Part shown: positions 49,753 to 59,631 of the stretch, piece after piece
Numbering within the stretch: position 1 is the stretch's first letter
Layout: each line of letters begins with the position of its first letter
Source: an uncultured Gammaproteobacteria bacterium
GTDB taxonomy: Bacteria; Patescibacteriota; Patescibacteriia; UBA9934; CAZDDW01
NCBI GenBank assembly: GCA_964504365.1
Contig: CAZDDW010000002.1
Location: 53,246 to 117,245 of the forward strand
Reading direction: 5' to 3'
DNA: 64,000 bases
Notes under the pieces: model-generated
Told to the model about the DNA's origin: nothing
Seen by the model: the letters and a program-made list of their open reading frames with translations, nothing else
Databases searched by the model: none
Translations under genes and position numbers: made by a program

Positions 49753-52395
49753 ATGTTACCAAACAACTTTACACACAAATCTCAAGAAGCTATTCAAAAT
49801 GCGCATAACCTAGCTGTTGAAAACGGTCAGGCAGCGATCGAGCCGATTCACTTACTCGCTTCCCTGCTCTCTCAGGACGACGGCGTGGTTATTTCTATTT
49901 TTGACAAAATGAATCTTGATATCGCCACCTTGCGGGGCGAGGTCGACACAATTCTGGATACGCTACCTAAGCAAGAAGCCATGGGTGGTGGCGGTATTGG
50001 CCAGGTTTACTTGTCACAACCAATGGCTCGTGTTTTTGCTACAGCCAACAAAATTGCCAAACAGTTCAAGGACGAATACATTTCAACTGAACACCTGTTC
50101 CTTGGTTTAATGGTCGACAAGAATGTTAAAGGTTTGTTGGAACGTTCTGGTGTAGTTGAGGCTGAGGTGTTAAAAGTTTTAAAAAAAATTCGAGGAAATC
50201 AGAAAGTGGATTCACCAGAACCAGAGTCTAAGTATCAGGCGCTGGAAAAATATTCAATGAACCTGACTGAAATGGCGCGACAAGAAAAACTGGATCCAAT
50301 TATTGGGCGCGACAAAGAAACTCGTCGTCTGATGCAGATCCTGACTCGCCGAACCAAGAACAACCCGGTCCTGATTGGTGAAGCAGGTGTTGGTAAAACT
50401 GCGATTGCCGAAGGTCTTGCTCAGCGAATTGTTGCTGGTGACGTTCCTGAGTCATTGAAGAATAAAGAACTAGTCGCTTTGGATCTTGGTGGTATGGTTG
50501 CTGGAACAAAATATCGTGGTGAGTTTGAGGATCGTTTGAAAGCCGTGATTAAAGAGATCGAAGAATCTGAAGGACAAATTCTGTTATTTATCGATGAGCT
50601 ACATACTTTAGTTGGAGCTGGAACTACAGAAGGCGGATCGCTTGATGCATCTAATTTACTCAAACCCGCTCTGGCTCGTGGAAAGCTGCGTACCATTGGC
50701 GCGACCACGCTCAAGGAATATCAGCGGCACATTGAAAAAGACCCAGCATTTGAACGTCGCTTCCAACCAGTGTTAGTTGAAGAACCTTCTATCGAGGATA
50801 CGATTGCTATTCTGCGTGGAATCAAAGACCGCTATGAACTGCATCACGGAATCCGCATTGCTGACGCAGCCATTATCGCTGCAGCTGAACTGTCCGCCCG
50901 CTACATTACTGACCGCTTTTTACCGGACAAAGCCGTTGACCTGATCGACGAGGCTGGCTCTGCTTTGCGTATGGAGATTGATTCCATGCCTGAGGAGCTT
51001 GACCATTACAAACGTGATGCTATGCGTCTTGAGATCGAGCGTGAGGCTTTGAAAAAAGAAGAAGACAAGGATTCTAAAGCTCGACTTGAAGAGATCGAAA
51101 AGCAACTAGCGGATCTGAACGAACAGTCTCGTGAACTGGAAATGAAATGGAAGAATGAGAAAGATAAGATCGCCGAAATCCGAGCCATTAAAAAAGCCAC
51201 TGATGAACTTCGAGCAATGGCTGACATTGAGGAACGTCGCGGCAACCTGCAGAAAGTTGCTGAAATCCGCTACAGCAAGATCCCGGCGCAGGAAGAAAAA
51301 CTGAAAAAGACAGAGGCCGAACTAGTTAACATGCAAAAAGATCGCGGTTTACTGAAAGAAGTTGTTCAGGATGAAGATATCGCCACAGTAGTATCCCGCT
51401 GGACCAACATTCCTGTTTCAAAAATGCTTGAATCAGAACTGACTAAACTGACGCGCATGGAAGAAGTGTTGTCAAAACGAGTTATTGGTCAGTCTGAAGC
51501 GATTGAAGCCGTCTCAAACGCTCTACGTCGCTCTCGAGCCGGTATTGCTGAAGAAGGCCGCCCAATCGGATCATTCCTGTTTTTAGGACCTACCGGAGTC
51601 GGAAAGACCGAACTTGCGAGAACTTTGGCCGACTTCATGTTCAACGACGAAAGCGCATTGGTACGTATCGACATGTCTGAGTACATGGAAAAGCATGCTA
51701 CTTCGAAAATTATTGGATCGCCTCCAGGTTATGTTGGATATGAAGAAGGCGGACAGCTAACTGAGATCGTTCGGCGCCGACCGTACAGTGTTATCTTGTT
51801 TGACGAGATTGAAAAAGCTCACCCAGATGCGTTTAACATGTTGCTTCAGATTTTGGACGAGGGGCACCTGACAGACGCCAAGGGTCGCAAGGTAAACTTC
51901 AAAAATACTGTTATCATCATGACTTCAAACATTGGATCTGACGCGATCTTAGAAATGACTACCAAAGGTGGCGGCGAGCTTGGGTTCGAATCAGATCGCA
52001 GCGATTCACCAGAACGCGATGAGGAGCGTATGCGCGAACGAGTGATGGGTATGCTCACAGAACACTTCCGCCCTGAATTCCTGAACCGGCTAGATGAAAT
52101 TACTATCTTCCACTCATTGTCTGAAGATAACATCAAACATATTGTTGAACTGCAGCTTGATCGGGTAGCCAAGCGCTTGCAAGAGCGGCGCAAGATCAAG
52201 ATCAAGATTACTGATGCGGCCAAAAAGCTGCTGGCAGAAAAGGGCTACGATCCCGCATTCGGTGCTCGCCCACTCAAACGCGTCATCCAAACTGAGATCT
52301 TAGATGCCCTGGCCAAGAGAATCATCGCCTCTGAGATCGAAGAAGAATCGACGATCACAATCGATGCGAGGAAAGAACAGATCACTATTTCATAA
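49753..52395 (+). CDS. clpB: Chaperone ClpB
   Basis: GEAGVGKT and [11 protein letters not shown] domains, long M-domain coiled coil, GARPL. Confidence 0.96.
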   Translation: MLPNNFTHKSQEAIQNAHNLAVENGQAAIEPIHLLASLLSQDDGVVISIFDKMNLDIATLRGEVDTILDTLPKQEAMGGGGIGQVYLSQPMARVFATANKIAKQFKDEYISTEHLFLGLMVDKNVKGLLERSGVVEAEVLKVLKKIRGNQKVDSPEPESKYQALEKYSMNLTEMARQEKLDPIIGRDKETRRLMQILTRRTKNNPVLIGEAGVGKTAIAEGLAQRIVAGDVPESLKNKELVALDLGGMVAGTKYRGEFEDRLKAVIKEIEESEGQILLFIDELHTLVGAGTTEGGSLDASNLLKPALARGKLRTIGATTLKEYQRHIEKDPAFERRFQPVLVEEPSIEDTIAILRGIKDRYELHHGIRIADAAIIAAAELSARYITDRFLPDKAVDLIDEAGSALRMEIDSMPEELDHYKRDAMRLEIEREALKKEEDKDSKARLEEIEKQLADLNEQSRELEMKWKNEKDKIAEIRAIKKATDELRAMADIEERRGNLQKVAEIRYSKIPAQEEKLKKTEAELVNMQKDRGLLKEVVQDEDIATVVSRWTNIPVSKMLESELTKLTRMEEVLSKRVIGQSEAIEAVSNALRRSRAGIAEEGRPIGSFLFLGPTGVGKTELARTLADFMFNDESALVRIDMSEYMEKHATSKIIGSPPGYVGYEEGGQLTEIVRRRPYSVILFDEIEKAHPDAFNMLLQILDEGHLTDAKGRKVNFKNTVIIMTSNIGSDAILEMTTKGGGELGFESDRSDSPERDEERMRERVMGMLTEHFRPEFLNRLDEITIFHSLSEDNIKHIVELQLDRVAKRLQERRKIKIKITDAAKKLLAEKGYDPAFGARPLKRVIQTEILDALAKRIIASEIEEESTITIDARKEQITIS

Positions 52396-52438
52396 ATAAG
52401 GATATTAAAAATCCGCAGGTGTGTACCACTTGCGGGTT

Positions 52439-52813
52439 TTAGATTCCGGACTTGAACTCGACCGGGACCTGGAAGACGTGGTTGGGCTCGATGTCGCGAG
52501 CTTCCATCCAAGCCTTGAGGGCTCTGAGCTGCAACCTGACAGGGTCATGGCCGCAATAGTAAGTCGTATCGCCTCTTACCTGAACCTCGCAGTCCATTGT
52601 CAGAACTAATTCCAGATCTCCATTGGATCGACGAACATGTACCACACCTTCTGGTCGTTTATCTTCGTCAACGATGAGCTGAAAACTCAGACCATGCTCT
52701 CGCACTCCCGCTTCACTGACTGGAATGATGGCTAGTCCAGTTTGCTCGGTCAAGTCACCCTTGGCCTCGGGTGAAAACACGATAGCCACGAAACCGATTT
52801 TCTCAACAGTCAC
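52439..52813 (-). CDS. Orphan protein
   Basis: SD aaagga + GTG; upstream TTGACA-17-TAAGGT promoter. Confidence 0.65.
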   Translation of the reverse strand: MTVEKIGFVAIVFSPEAKGDLTEQTGLAIIPVSEAGVREHGLSFQLIVDEDKRPEGVVHVRRSNGDLELVLTMDCEVQVRGDTTYYCGHDPVRLQLRALKAWMEARDIEPNHVFQVPVEFKSGI

Positions 52814-52919
52814 AGTGTTTCCTTTCTCTGTGGATTGTAATGGTTCAATGAATTAGACCTTAACAATCCTGTTCAGACTTGTCAAAATAAAAGACTCCGC
52901 AGTGATGCGGAGTTTTGAG

Positions 52920-53771
52920 TTACTCCTCCTCGCCGTTGTCGTCTTCTTCATCCGGATCCGGCTGTTGCTGGATCGGTCCTTCTGGCTGAACAAAGAAGAC
53001 TGGCCTGGCTTCTAGCTCGGTCGCCGGAATCCCTTCGTCCTGCAACAACTTTAGTAAAGCCGATTCGAACTCACCGAAAGTTGCGTGCACAAATTTGGGA
53101 CGAAAGCGCTCCTCAACGGAGTCAAAGAACTCCAGATGATCCCAAATATCTCCTGCCGGAAACATGTATGAGAACCGCGGATGACTACTTGTCCCTATAC
53201 CAGCACTAAATCGCACTGGCACTGTCTGGATCAACAGGCGGGCCACCGGTTCATCAATCCCACCTCCTGAGAACTGGGGGTACTTTAAATCAACGATTAG
53301 TTGTCTGCCCCCTGCCAGGAAACAGCGCAAATCAAATTTGACACCGGAAAGCAATATTGAGAAAAAGGACATTCTCCTGTCATCTTCATAATCAGGACTG
53401 CACCTATCCGATATGACGTAACGACCTCGTTCCCTGCTCAGTGATGGTAAGCGGAGCTCGTTCCTTTCGACACGCTTCCCGTAATACCCACGCAACGTTT
53501 TACGGTTTCGATCAAGTAGCGCTTGTGCCACCTGATCTTTATAGGTTGGCCGACCCTTGGCAGCCACACCCTTATTCATCCAACGCCAATCAGCTTGTAG
53601 CTGCTTGAAATCAGGTGGCAAGAGTCGACAGTCGGCTGGCACAAAATCAGGATCAGCATGCATCCTTTTCAGGTGCTCAACGCTTCGCGACAGCAAGAGC
53701 AACTTCTCGTAGAAGTCACGCATACCACACTGCGCGATATCGCGCCAAAGTTCGGAAGTAAAAAGAGCCAT
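52920..53771 (-). CDS. Orphan protein with acidic tail
   Basis: 283-aa ORF, SD ggag, terminator hairpin at ~52893-52912. Confidence 0.75.
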   Translation of the reverse strand: MALFTSELWRDIAQCGMRDFYEKLLLLSRSVEHLKRMHADPDFVPADCRLLPPDFKQLQADWRWMNKGVAAKGRPTYKDQVAQALLDRNRKTLRGYYGKRVERNELRLPSLSRERGRYVISDRCSPDYEDDRRMSFFSILLSGVKFDLRCFLAGGRQLIVDLKYPQFSGGGIDEPVARLLIQTVPVRFSAGIGTSSHPRFSYMFPAGDIWDHLEFFDSVEERFRPKFVHATFGEFESALLKLLQDEGIPATELEARPVFFVQPEGPIQQQPDPDEEDDNGEEE

Positions 53772-53988
53772 TTCATCTCCAGGCTTGTTGGAATTATCAC
53801 CGGTCTTTTTTCAAAGACGCATTGCCCTACTAGCCAAGCAGGATCGGGACACCCCAAGCTCCATTTCAGAGCTACATCCGGGGAGGTTCCTACAGCCCAC
53901 CTCTATTTCAGAGGTGTTGTCACATGCACCACGCACCAAGCTGTATTCTGCACTTTTCAGCACATCTCTTCTGGATGACATGAAGAGG
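53772..53988 (-). ncRNA. Structured ~215-nt 5' leader / cis-regulatory RNA candidate
   Basis: TTGACG-17-TAAGGT promoter (54023-53995); six or more hairpins, four with UGAAA loops. Confidence 0.6.
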
Positions 53989-54049
53989 ACTTTCACCTTA
54001 ACAACCCAAACCTATTTCGTCAAAAAAAATCTCCGCATGGGTTGCGGAG

Positions 54050-54340
54050 TTAGAGTGCGTTGCTCGGGGTCTCGCCGGCGCGGCCGAGCTTGAGGCGACT
54101 TGCCGGCGGACCGGTACGTGGCGGACGCAGGTCGTCCTGTCCGATCTGCAGGCTCATTGCCTGAGCTGCACGATAGCCCGTGAAGACGATGTGGTCACGC
54201 TCACTCCGGATAGTGATCTGCTTGACGTGTCCGTCATGCTGAGCCTGGCTAGCCTGGAGCTGGGCCTGACCAACACTCTCGTCCTCAGTAACGGTCGGGT
54301 TGTTATCACCAAAACGGTAGGTCTCGATTCTATATCCCAT
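54050..54340 (-). CDS. GC-rich orphan protein
   Basis: SD ggag, overlaps upstream gene end, terminator ctccgca...tgcggag-atttttttt. Confidence 0.65.
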   Translation of the reverse strand: MGYRIETYRFGDNNPTVTEDESVGQAQLQASQAQHDGHVKQITIRSERDHIVFTGYRAAQAMSLQIGQDDLRPPRTGPPASRLKLGRAGETPSNAL

Positions 54341-54803
54341 CTTCCCTCTCCTGCTCGTCCGTCATGGAAACGAGTTGTGGTGTGATGCTGAGTACCTCAG
54401 TCAGCTCCTCAGCGGTGCGTGTGATCGGTGATGGCTCACCGAGCTTGGTCTTGAGCTGCTGGATGATCCAGGCAAGCATATCGCTGGTCTGTGGCAGACA
54501 GAAATCGACTATCACACCTGATTCAAGTTGAACCGGCCTGGATGCACGGACCTGGAAATGGCGTTCTTTCTGTATCAAGACAACAACCAGATCATGGTCA
54601 GAATATTCGAGCACACCGATGACGATCGGGATGGCCGAGGTACGACCATTCTCTTCGATCTGGTCAACTTGTAGGTACGGCACGTCCATCAACTGCCAGG
54701 TTCGAATCATGTCTTCTCTCCAAGCCAGACGCACCATGAGCGACTCGGTGATCGCCCCTAGGGGCACCGGCTGATCAGTCTTTGGAAGTGTTCCTGGGAA
54801 CAT
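54330..54803 (-). CDS. GC-rich orphan protein
   Basis: TTGACA-17-CATGCT promoter, SD aaggag, ATG 54803. Confidence 0.7.
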   Translation of the reverse strand: MFPGTLPKTDQPVPLGAITESLMVRLAWREDMIRTWQLMDVPYLQVDQIEENGRTSAIPIVIGVLEYSDHDLVVVLIQKERHFQVRASRPVQLESGVIVDFCLPQTSDMLAWIIQQLKTKLGEPSPITRTAEELTEVLSITPQLVSMTDEQEREDGI

Positions 54804-54863
54804 GATCGCTCCTTGTGAAGGTTCGGATGAATAGCATGCCACAGATTTTCCAGGTTGTCAACA

Positions 54864-55271
54864 GGCCGGCCACTGGATGACTCAGGGTTTTGTTTGTGGA
54901 AGCGTTCGGCCCATTCGTGGTTAAGTCTTGGTTGGTGTCAGGCCTCACTCGGCGTCGGCCGGAACATTTAAGGTTAAGGGGTACGTTATATGACAGGCCT
55001 GATAGTCCGGCCTCCGATCGTTCCACAAATCAAAACCCTTCGTCATAATATTCTGTCGGTCAAAAAAAGTGGCCGGCCATAAACAAAGGACGAGGATATT
55101 CTTTTTGTGAGAACACGTGGAGCCGGGCCCACATCTTGCCATCAATAACTACCATTGGTTCTGGTCCCGGCGGAACATCGAGCGAGGCCCAGAGACTATT
55201 CTCTTTTTTCAACAACGTTCTGGCCGAGCGCTTCTCACAAAAATAATGTCCGAGTCCCCCATGGCCGGCCA
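54864..55271. ncRNA. Twin ~200-nt rod-like hairpin element (possible tandem 6S-like RNAs)
   Basis: Long-range complementarity 54864-55078 and 55070-55271; GGCCGGCC at 54864, 55071 and 55263. Confidence 0.55.
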
Positions 55272-55324
55272 GCATGTTATATCAACTGGCCTAAACAGCT
55301 AAAATCTGTTAGCATTTAAGCACT

Positions 55325-56719
55325 ATGAAACAAATACTAACAGGAATCATTTCGCTAACTTTAGCGTTTTCACCCTTGGCTCCGGCGTTAGCCAGCACAG
55401 ATTTTAACGCCAATTTTTTAATTTCTGATGACGAACTAACGGATGCTTTTTCCATGGACCGCAATGACATTCAACGCATTCTCGACAAAGGCGGACTAGC
55501 TGATTACTTCACCGAGGACATTGATGGACGAACACGCCACATTGCTGACATCATCTGGTGGACAGCACAGATGCGCGGAATCAGTCCAAAAGTATTACTA
55601 GTAATGCTACAAAAAGAGCAGAGTCTGATCGAAGACCCAACACCTTCGCAGGACCAACTAGATTGGGCCTTAGGCTATGGAGTTTGTGATGACTGTACAC
55701 ACGATGATCCTGACATCCAACGCTGGAGCGGAATTTCAAAACAACTTAATTCTGCTGCTTTGCAGTTGAACGAGGGCTACCTGCAGGACATTGAAGATGA
55801 TGGTTACACAGTAATGGGTTATGGCCCAGGTTTGACCAGCAGGATTGATGATGAGTATGTCACTTTTGCTAACGCAGCCACAGCAGCACTGTACACCTAC
55901 ACACCACACATTCACGGCAACGAGTTATTTGTCACTATTTGGAATCGATATTTTGGAATCTACTATCCATCTGGATCTCTTTTGCAAGACAACACTACTG
56001 GCGGTGTTTACTTAATTAAATTCGACGAGAAGCGACCGATCACCTCACAGACCGCCCTGCTTTCTCGATATAACTCGGATCTGATTATCTCAGTTGACCC
56101 AACAGTACTCCAGACTTATGCTGATGGCGCGCCAATTTCTCATGCCAACTATTCCCTACTTCAGACACCAACTGGTGGCATTTATCTTCTAGTGGACGAC
56201 GTTATCAGACCAATCGCTAGCCAGGAAGCTTTTCGTTCTATTGGTTTTAATCCTGATGAAGTGATCGCTGTTGAATGGGAGGATTTGGCAGCCTACAGTG
56301 AAGGTGAAACGATTACTGAAGACAGTGCTTATCCAATCGGCACTTTGCTACAAAACTCAACCACAGGTGGTGTTTATTTTGTTGAGAATGGAATTAAACA
56401 ACCACTGATGTCACGTGATGTTTTAGATAATCGTTTCGCTGGTTGGGCTATTGTTCCTATGTCTCCAGAAGAATTAGATGAATTCGAAACCGGTGATGCA
56501 GCCAAGTTCTTTGACGGGACATTGGTGAAGGGTCCAGATCCAGATGTATATGTAATCTCCGAAGGCGAGCGTCGACCAATCCCAAGCGAAGAAGTCTTCC
56601 TTGGACTTGGTTGGAAATGGGAAAACATTATCGTCACTGACGAACGAACTCTTGAGCTACACCCGCTTGGTGAAACGGTCTATATGAGTACTGACGAAAT
56701 TGAAGCTGCTTCGAATTAA
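55325..56719 (+). CDS. Secreted protein: lysozyme-like/cell-wall domain plus four beta-repeat modules
   Basis: Signal peptide; ISPKVLLVMLQKEQSL...GYG...ATAALYTYTPH; repeats G.LLQ...GGVY.....RPI.S. Confidence 0.75.
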   Translation: MKQILTGIISLTLAFSPLAPALASTDFNANFLISDDELTDAFSMDRNDIQRILDKGGLADYFTEDIDGRTRHIADIIWWTAQMRGISPKVLLVMLQKEQSLIEDPTPSQDQLDWALGYGVCDDCTHDDPDIQRWSGISKQLNSAALQLNEGYLQDIEDDGYTVMGYGPGLTSRIDDEYVTFANAATAALYTYTPHIHGNELFVTIWNRYFGIYYPSGSLLQDNTTGGVYLIKFDEKRPITSQTALLSRYNSDLIISVDPTVLQTYADGAPISHANYSLLQTPTGGIYLLVDDVIRPIASQEAFRSIGFNPDEVIAVEWEDLAAYSEGETITEDSAYPIGTLLQNSTTGGVYFVENGIKQPLMSRDVLDNRFAGWAIVPMSPEELDEFETGDAAKFFDGTLVKGPDPDVYVISEGERRPIPSEEVFLGLGWKWENIIVTDERTLELHPLGETVYMSTDEIEAASN

Positions 56720-56720
56720 T

Positions 56721-57512
56721 ATGTTAGTCTTTGCCGCCTTTACTCCACACACACCTTTACTCCTGCCGAGTATTGGTAAAGACAACCTAAAAAAGCTTCA
56801 GAAAACCTCTGACTCAATGCAACAATTGGCAGACGAACTTTATGCTGCCCGACCAGATACGATCGTTGTTATTTCTGGCCATAGTCATTCATATACTGAT
56901 GCGTTTGCTATCAACTTTAACGATCCATACAAAATCGACCTGACCAAACTGGGTGATCTTGATGTTACACGTGATTATCACCCTGATCTACGACTGATCG
57001 ATAAAGCACAGCGGCAGTTGCGCCGTGACGAAGTCCCTTTTACCCTTCACCCTGAAGACGCGCTTGACTATGGTTCAGCTGTGCCACTTTTGCTCTTAGC
57101 TGAAAAGTTGAAAGACATTAAGATTGTTCCGGTTTCGGTTTCTGACCTTGCGCCAAAAGAGCACTTTCATTTTGGACAGGCTCTGAAAGAACAGATTGTG
57201 AACACAACGCAACGTGTGGCAGTGATTGCTACTGGTGACCTATCGCACACGTTAACAACAGAATCTCCAGCTGGTTTTCATAAGAGCGGTCCAAAATTCG
57301 ACAAGAAGATCCAAGAACTGATTGCTGAACACAATGCTGCTGGGTTGATTAAGATAAAGCCAGAAATAGTTCAAGAAGCCAAGCAATGTGGATACCGCGC
57401 TTTGTTGATCTTGTTTGGAATATTAGATAAACAAAACATCAAAACAAACATCTTGTCTTATGAAGCCCCGCTTGGCGTGGGCTACCTGACCGCCAATTTT
57501 GAGCTTGCCTAA
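56721..57512 (+). CDS. AmmeMemoRadiSam B / LigB-type dioxygenase family protein
   Basis: PHTPLLLP, PDTIVVISGH, LDYG, ATGDLSH, CG, YEAPLGVGY. Confidence 0.85.
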   Translation: MLVFAAFTPHTPLLLPSIGKDNLKKLQKTSDSMQQLADELYAARPDTIVVISGHSHSYTDAFAINFNDPYKIDLTKLGDLDVTRDYHPDLRLIDKAQRQLRRDEVPFTLHPEDALDYGSAVPLLLLAEKLKDIKIVPVSVSDLAPKEHFHFGQALKEQIVNTTQRVAVIATGDLSHTLTTESPAGFHKSGPKFDKKIQELIAEHNAAGLIKIKPEIVQEAKQCGYRALLILFGILDKQNIKTNILSYEAPLGVGYLTANFELA

Positions 57513-57513
57513 T

Positions 57514-59160
57514 ATGATCGCTGAAGTTTATTTGATAAAGCGACTGCCGCGCCAGATGGCGTTTTTTGATTATAGGATCCCAGATGAAATGGAAGTGCAA
57601 CGAGGGGCCTTGGTTAATGTGCCGTTTCGCAATCAAACTGTACGCGGGATTGTGGCTGGCATAAAAAAAGAATCTGAGCACGCTAATATCAAGGCTGTTG
57701 GCGAATTGATTGATCCAGAATTCCTAAGCAACGCAGAGCTTGCTGTTTACGAGAGCGTGGCTGAAAAGATCGTACAATCTGTGCCAGCCATCCTTGATAC
57801 GGCTTTTTTACCTCCACGTAAGCGCGCTTCAACAATCGAACACACTAAACCAACATCGATCACAAACAAAGTTCGCGAGCAGGAAGTAGAACATATCCGT
57901 TCAACAATCGAATTACTAAATAATGGCGGGGATCATTTTATCCAATCAACAGACATTGTTCAAAGCACAGCCGTGATCGAAACCTGGTTGCGTAAGAATG
58001 AATCGAATAAACAATGCTTGATCTTGTTATCCCACGTCCATGATGCAGACATGATCGCTGCCGCACTATCAGGAATCGATCCAACCATGACTGTTCTAGA
58101 TAGCCGATCTACCAAACCACAGCGTGCAGATATTGCTAAAGCTTGGCGCAAGGGCGAAATAAAAACATTAATTGCCACCAGGATCGGGTCAGTCTTGCCA
58201 GCCAAAGATCTGGGCTCCATCTTTGTTGTTCGCTCTGGATCTGATGAACATGCTCAGTACGATCGCAATCCTCGCTATGATGCGCGTGACTTTGCTTGGC
58301 ATTGGCATCAAGCCACGGGCGCAACTCTAGCATTTTTCGACGTGGTTCCTCGTGTCAGCGATGTCGTACTCTTGAACTCAAAACCTGCAACTCAAAGCCC
58401 GCAACTTTTAGCCGACACGACCGTTCTTGATCTTAAAGAAGAACGTCAAAAAACCGACACCCCAATCCTATCTGACCCCTTAATCAAGGCAATGGACATG
58501 GCTTTACAAAACAAACAAAAAGTGATACTCTCCTTTAATCTTAAAGAAAGCCAAGAGCTTGGGCTGATGTTGGCAAAACGCTTTCCCCACGCAAAGATTT
58601 CTAGAATTCATAAAGACATAGACAAACCTGAATCTGTTGATTACGATATAATGCTTGCTACCCAATACTATTTCGAAAACATCTTTGATCCTTTCCGCGA
58701 TCGTAACATCGGATTAGTTGCTGAGCTGAACGTAGACTTGGGTCTGCGCGAACCATTTTACACTGCCACCGAAAATACATTGATTCGACTTTTAGAACTA
58801 CGTGGAATCGCATTCAGACAAAGATGCAAGTTTATCGTTCAGACCTGGTCAAGTAATCTCGTCAAACAAATGTTGGATAATCCTTGGACAATCTTGAAAG
58901 CCGAAGACGACGTGCGCAAACAGTTTGCTTATCCGCCACATGGCCGGATCTGGCGTGTGTTTTCTAGGGGGGCTGAAAAAATTGAATTCGTTAAAGAAAA
59001 AATAGAATCTGCAATTCCTAAGATTAAGATGACCCAGTCTGACCAAATCCTAGACATCCGATCTGAGCTTAAATACACTGAAAAAATCAACAACATCTTA
59101 AAAACTCTGCCAGATTCGTATATAATAGAAATTGACCCAGAACGGGTTAGAAAACTATGA
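57514..59160 (+). CDS. priA: Degenerate primosomal protein N' (PriA-like)
   Basis: FDYRIP, G.LV.VPFR 3'BD; PRYDARD; FIVQTW; R.QFAYPP; Walker A/B and Cys-rich region absent. Confidence 0.75.
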   Translation: MIAEVYLIKRLPRQMAFFDYRIPDEMEVQRGALVNVPFRNQTVRGIVAGIKKESEHANIKAVGELIDPEFLSNAELAVYESVAEKIVQSVPAILDTAFLPPRKRASTIEHTKPTSITNKVREQEVEHIRSTIELLNNGGDHFIQSTDIVQSTAVIETWLRKNESNKQCLILLSHVHDADMIAAALSGIDPTMTVLDSRSTKPQRADIAKAWRKGEIKTLIATRIGSVLPAKDLGSIFVVRSGSDEHAQYDRNPRYDARDFAWHWHQATGATLAFFDVVPRVSDVVLLNSKPATQSPQLLADTTVLDLKEERQKTDTPILSDPLIKAMDMALQNKQKVILSFNLKESQELGLMLAKRFPHAKISRIHKDIDKPESVDYDIMLATQYYFENIFDPFRDRNIGLVAELNVDLGLREPFYTATENTLIRLLELRGIAFRQRCKFIVQTWSSNLVKQMLDNPWTILKAEDDVRKQFAYPPHGRIWRVFSRGAEKIEFVKEKIESAIPKIKMTQSDQILDIRSELKYTEKINNILKTLPDSYIIEIDPERVRKL

Positions 59161-59630
59161 TCAAACCAATCTTAACTGAACCCAATCACGATCTACGCCT
59201 TAAGTCAGATAAGGTCCATCTTCGTCATATTGAAAAAGAAGAAACCCAAGAACTCATTGATGACATGATTGAAACCATGAACCACGCAGACGGGATTGGT
59301 TTGGCTGCACCACAGATTGGTGTGCTAAAACGAATTATAATTGTTGATACAAAGAAAAAAGGACCACAAGCTTTTATTAATCCAAAAGTGGCTAGTCGTT
59401 CTTTGTTGCGCGTTCAGGCTGAAGAAGGTTGCTTGTCAGTACCAGGGATTTTTGGAATCGTTAAACGATATCGTAAAGTCACTATCAAGGCCCTTGATCG
59501 GCATGGTTGTAAAGTTAAGTTTCGAATTGGTGGCATGGAAGCAGTCATTTTTCAACATGAGATCGATCATTTGAATGGCATGTTGTTTACTGACCGAGCT
59601 CATCATTTCACAAATCCACCAAAGATGTAA
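59157..59630 (+). CDS. def: Peptide deformylase
   Basis: GIGLAAPQIG, EGCLSVP, QHEIDHL. Confidence 0.97.
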   Translation: MIKPILTEPNHDLRLKSDKVHLRHIEKEETQELIDDMIETMNHADGIGLAAPQIGVLKRIIIVDTKKKGPQAFINPKVASRSLLRVQAEEGCLSVPGIFGIVKRYRKVTIKALDRHGCKVKFRIGGMEAVIFQHEIDHLNGMLFTDRAHHFTNPPKM

Positions 59631-59631
59631 T

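Noticed and set aside
54945-55302. Short ORFs within the GGCC-rich region
   Set aside because: No SD or recognisable motifs, overlapping on both strands; long-range complementarity explains the sequence better
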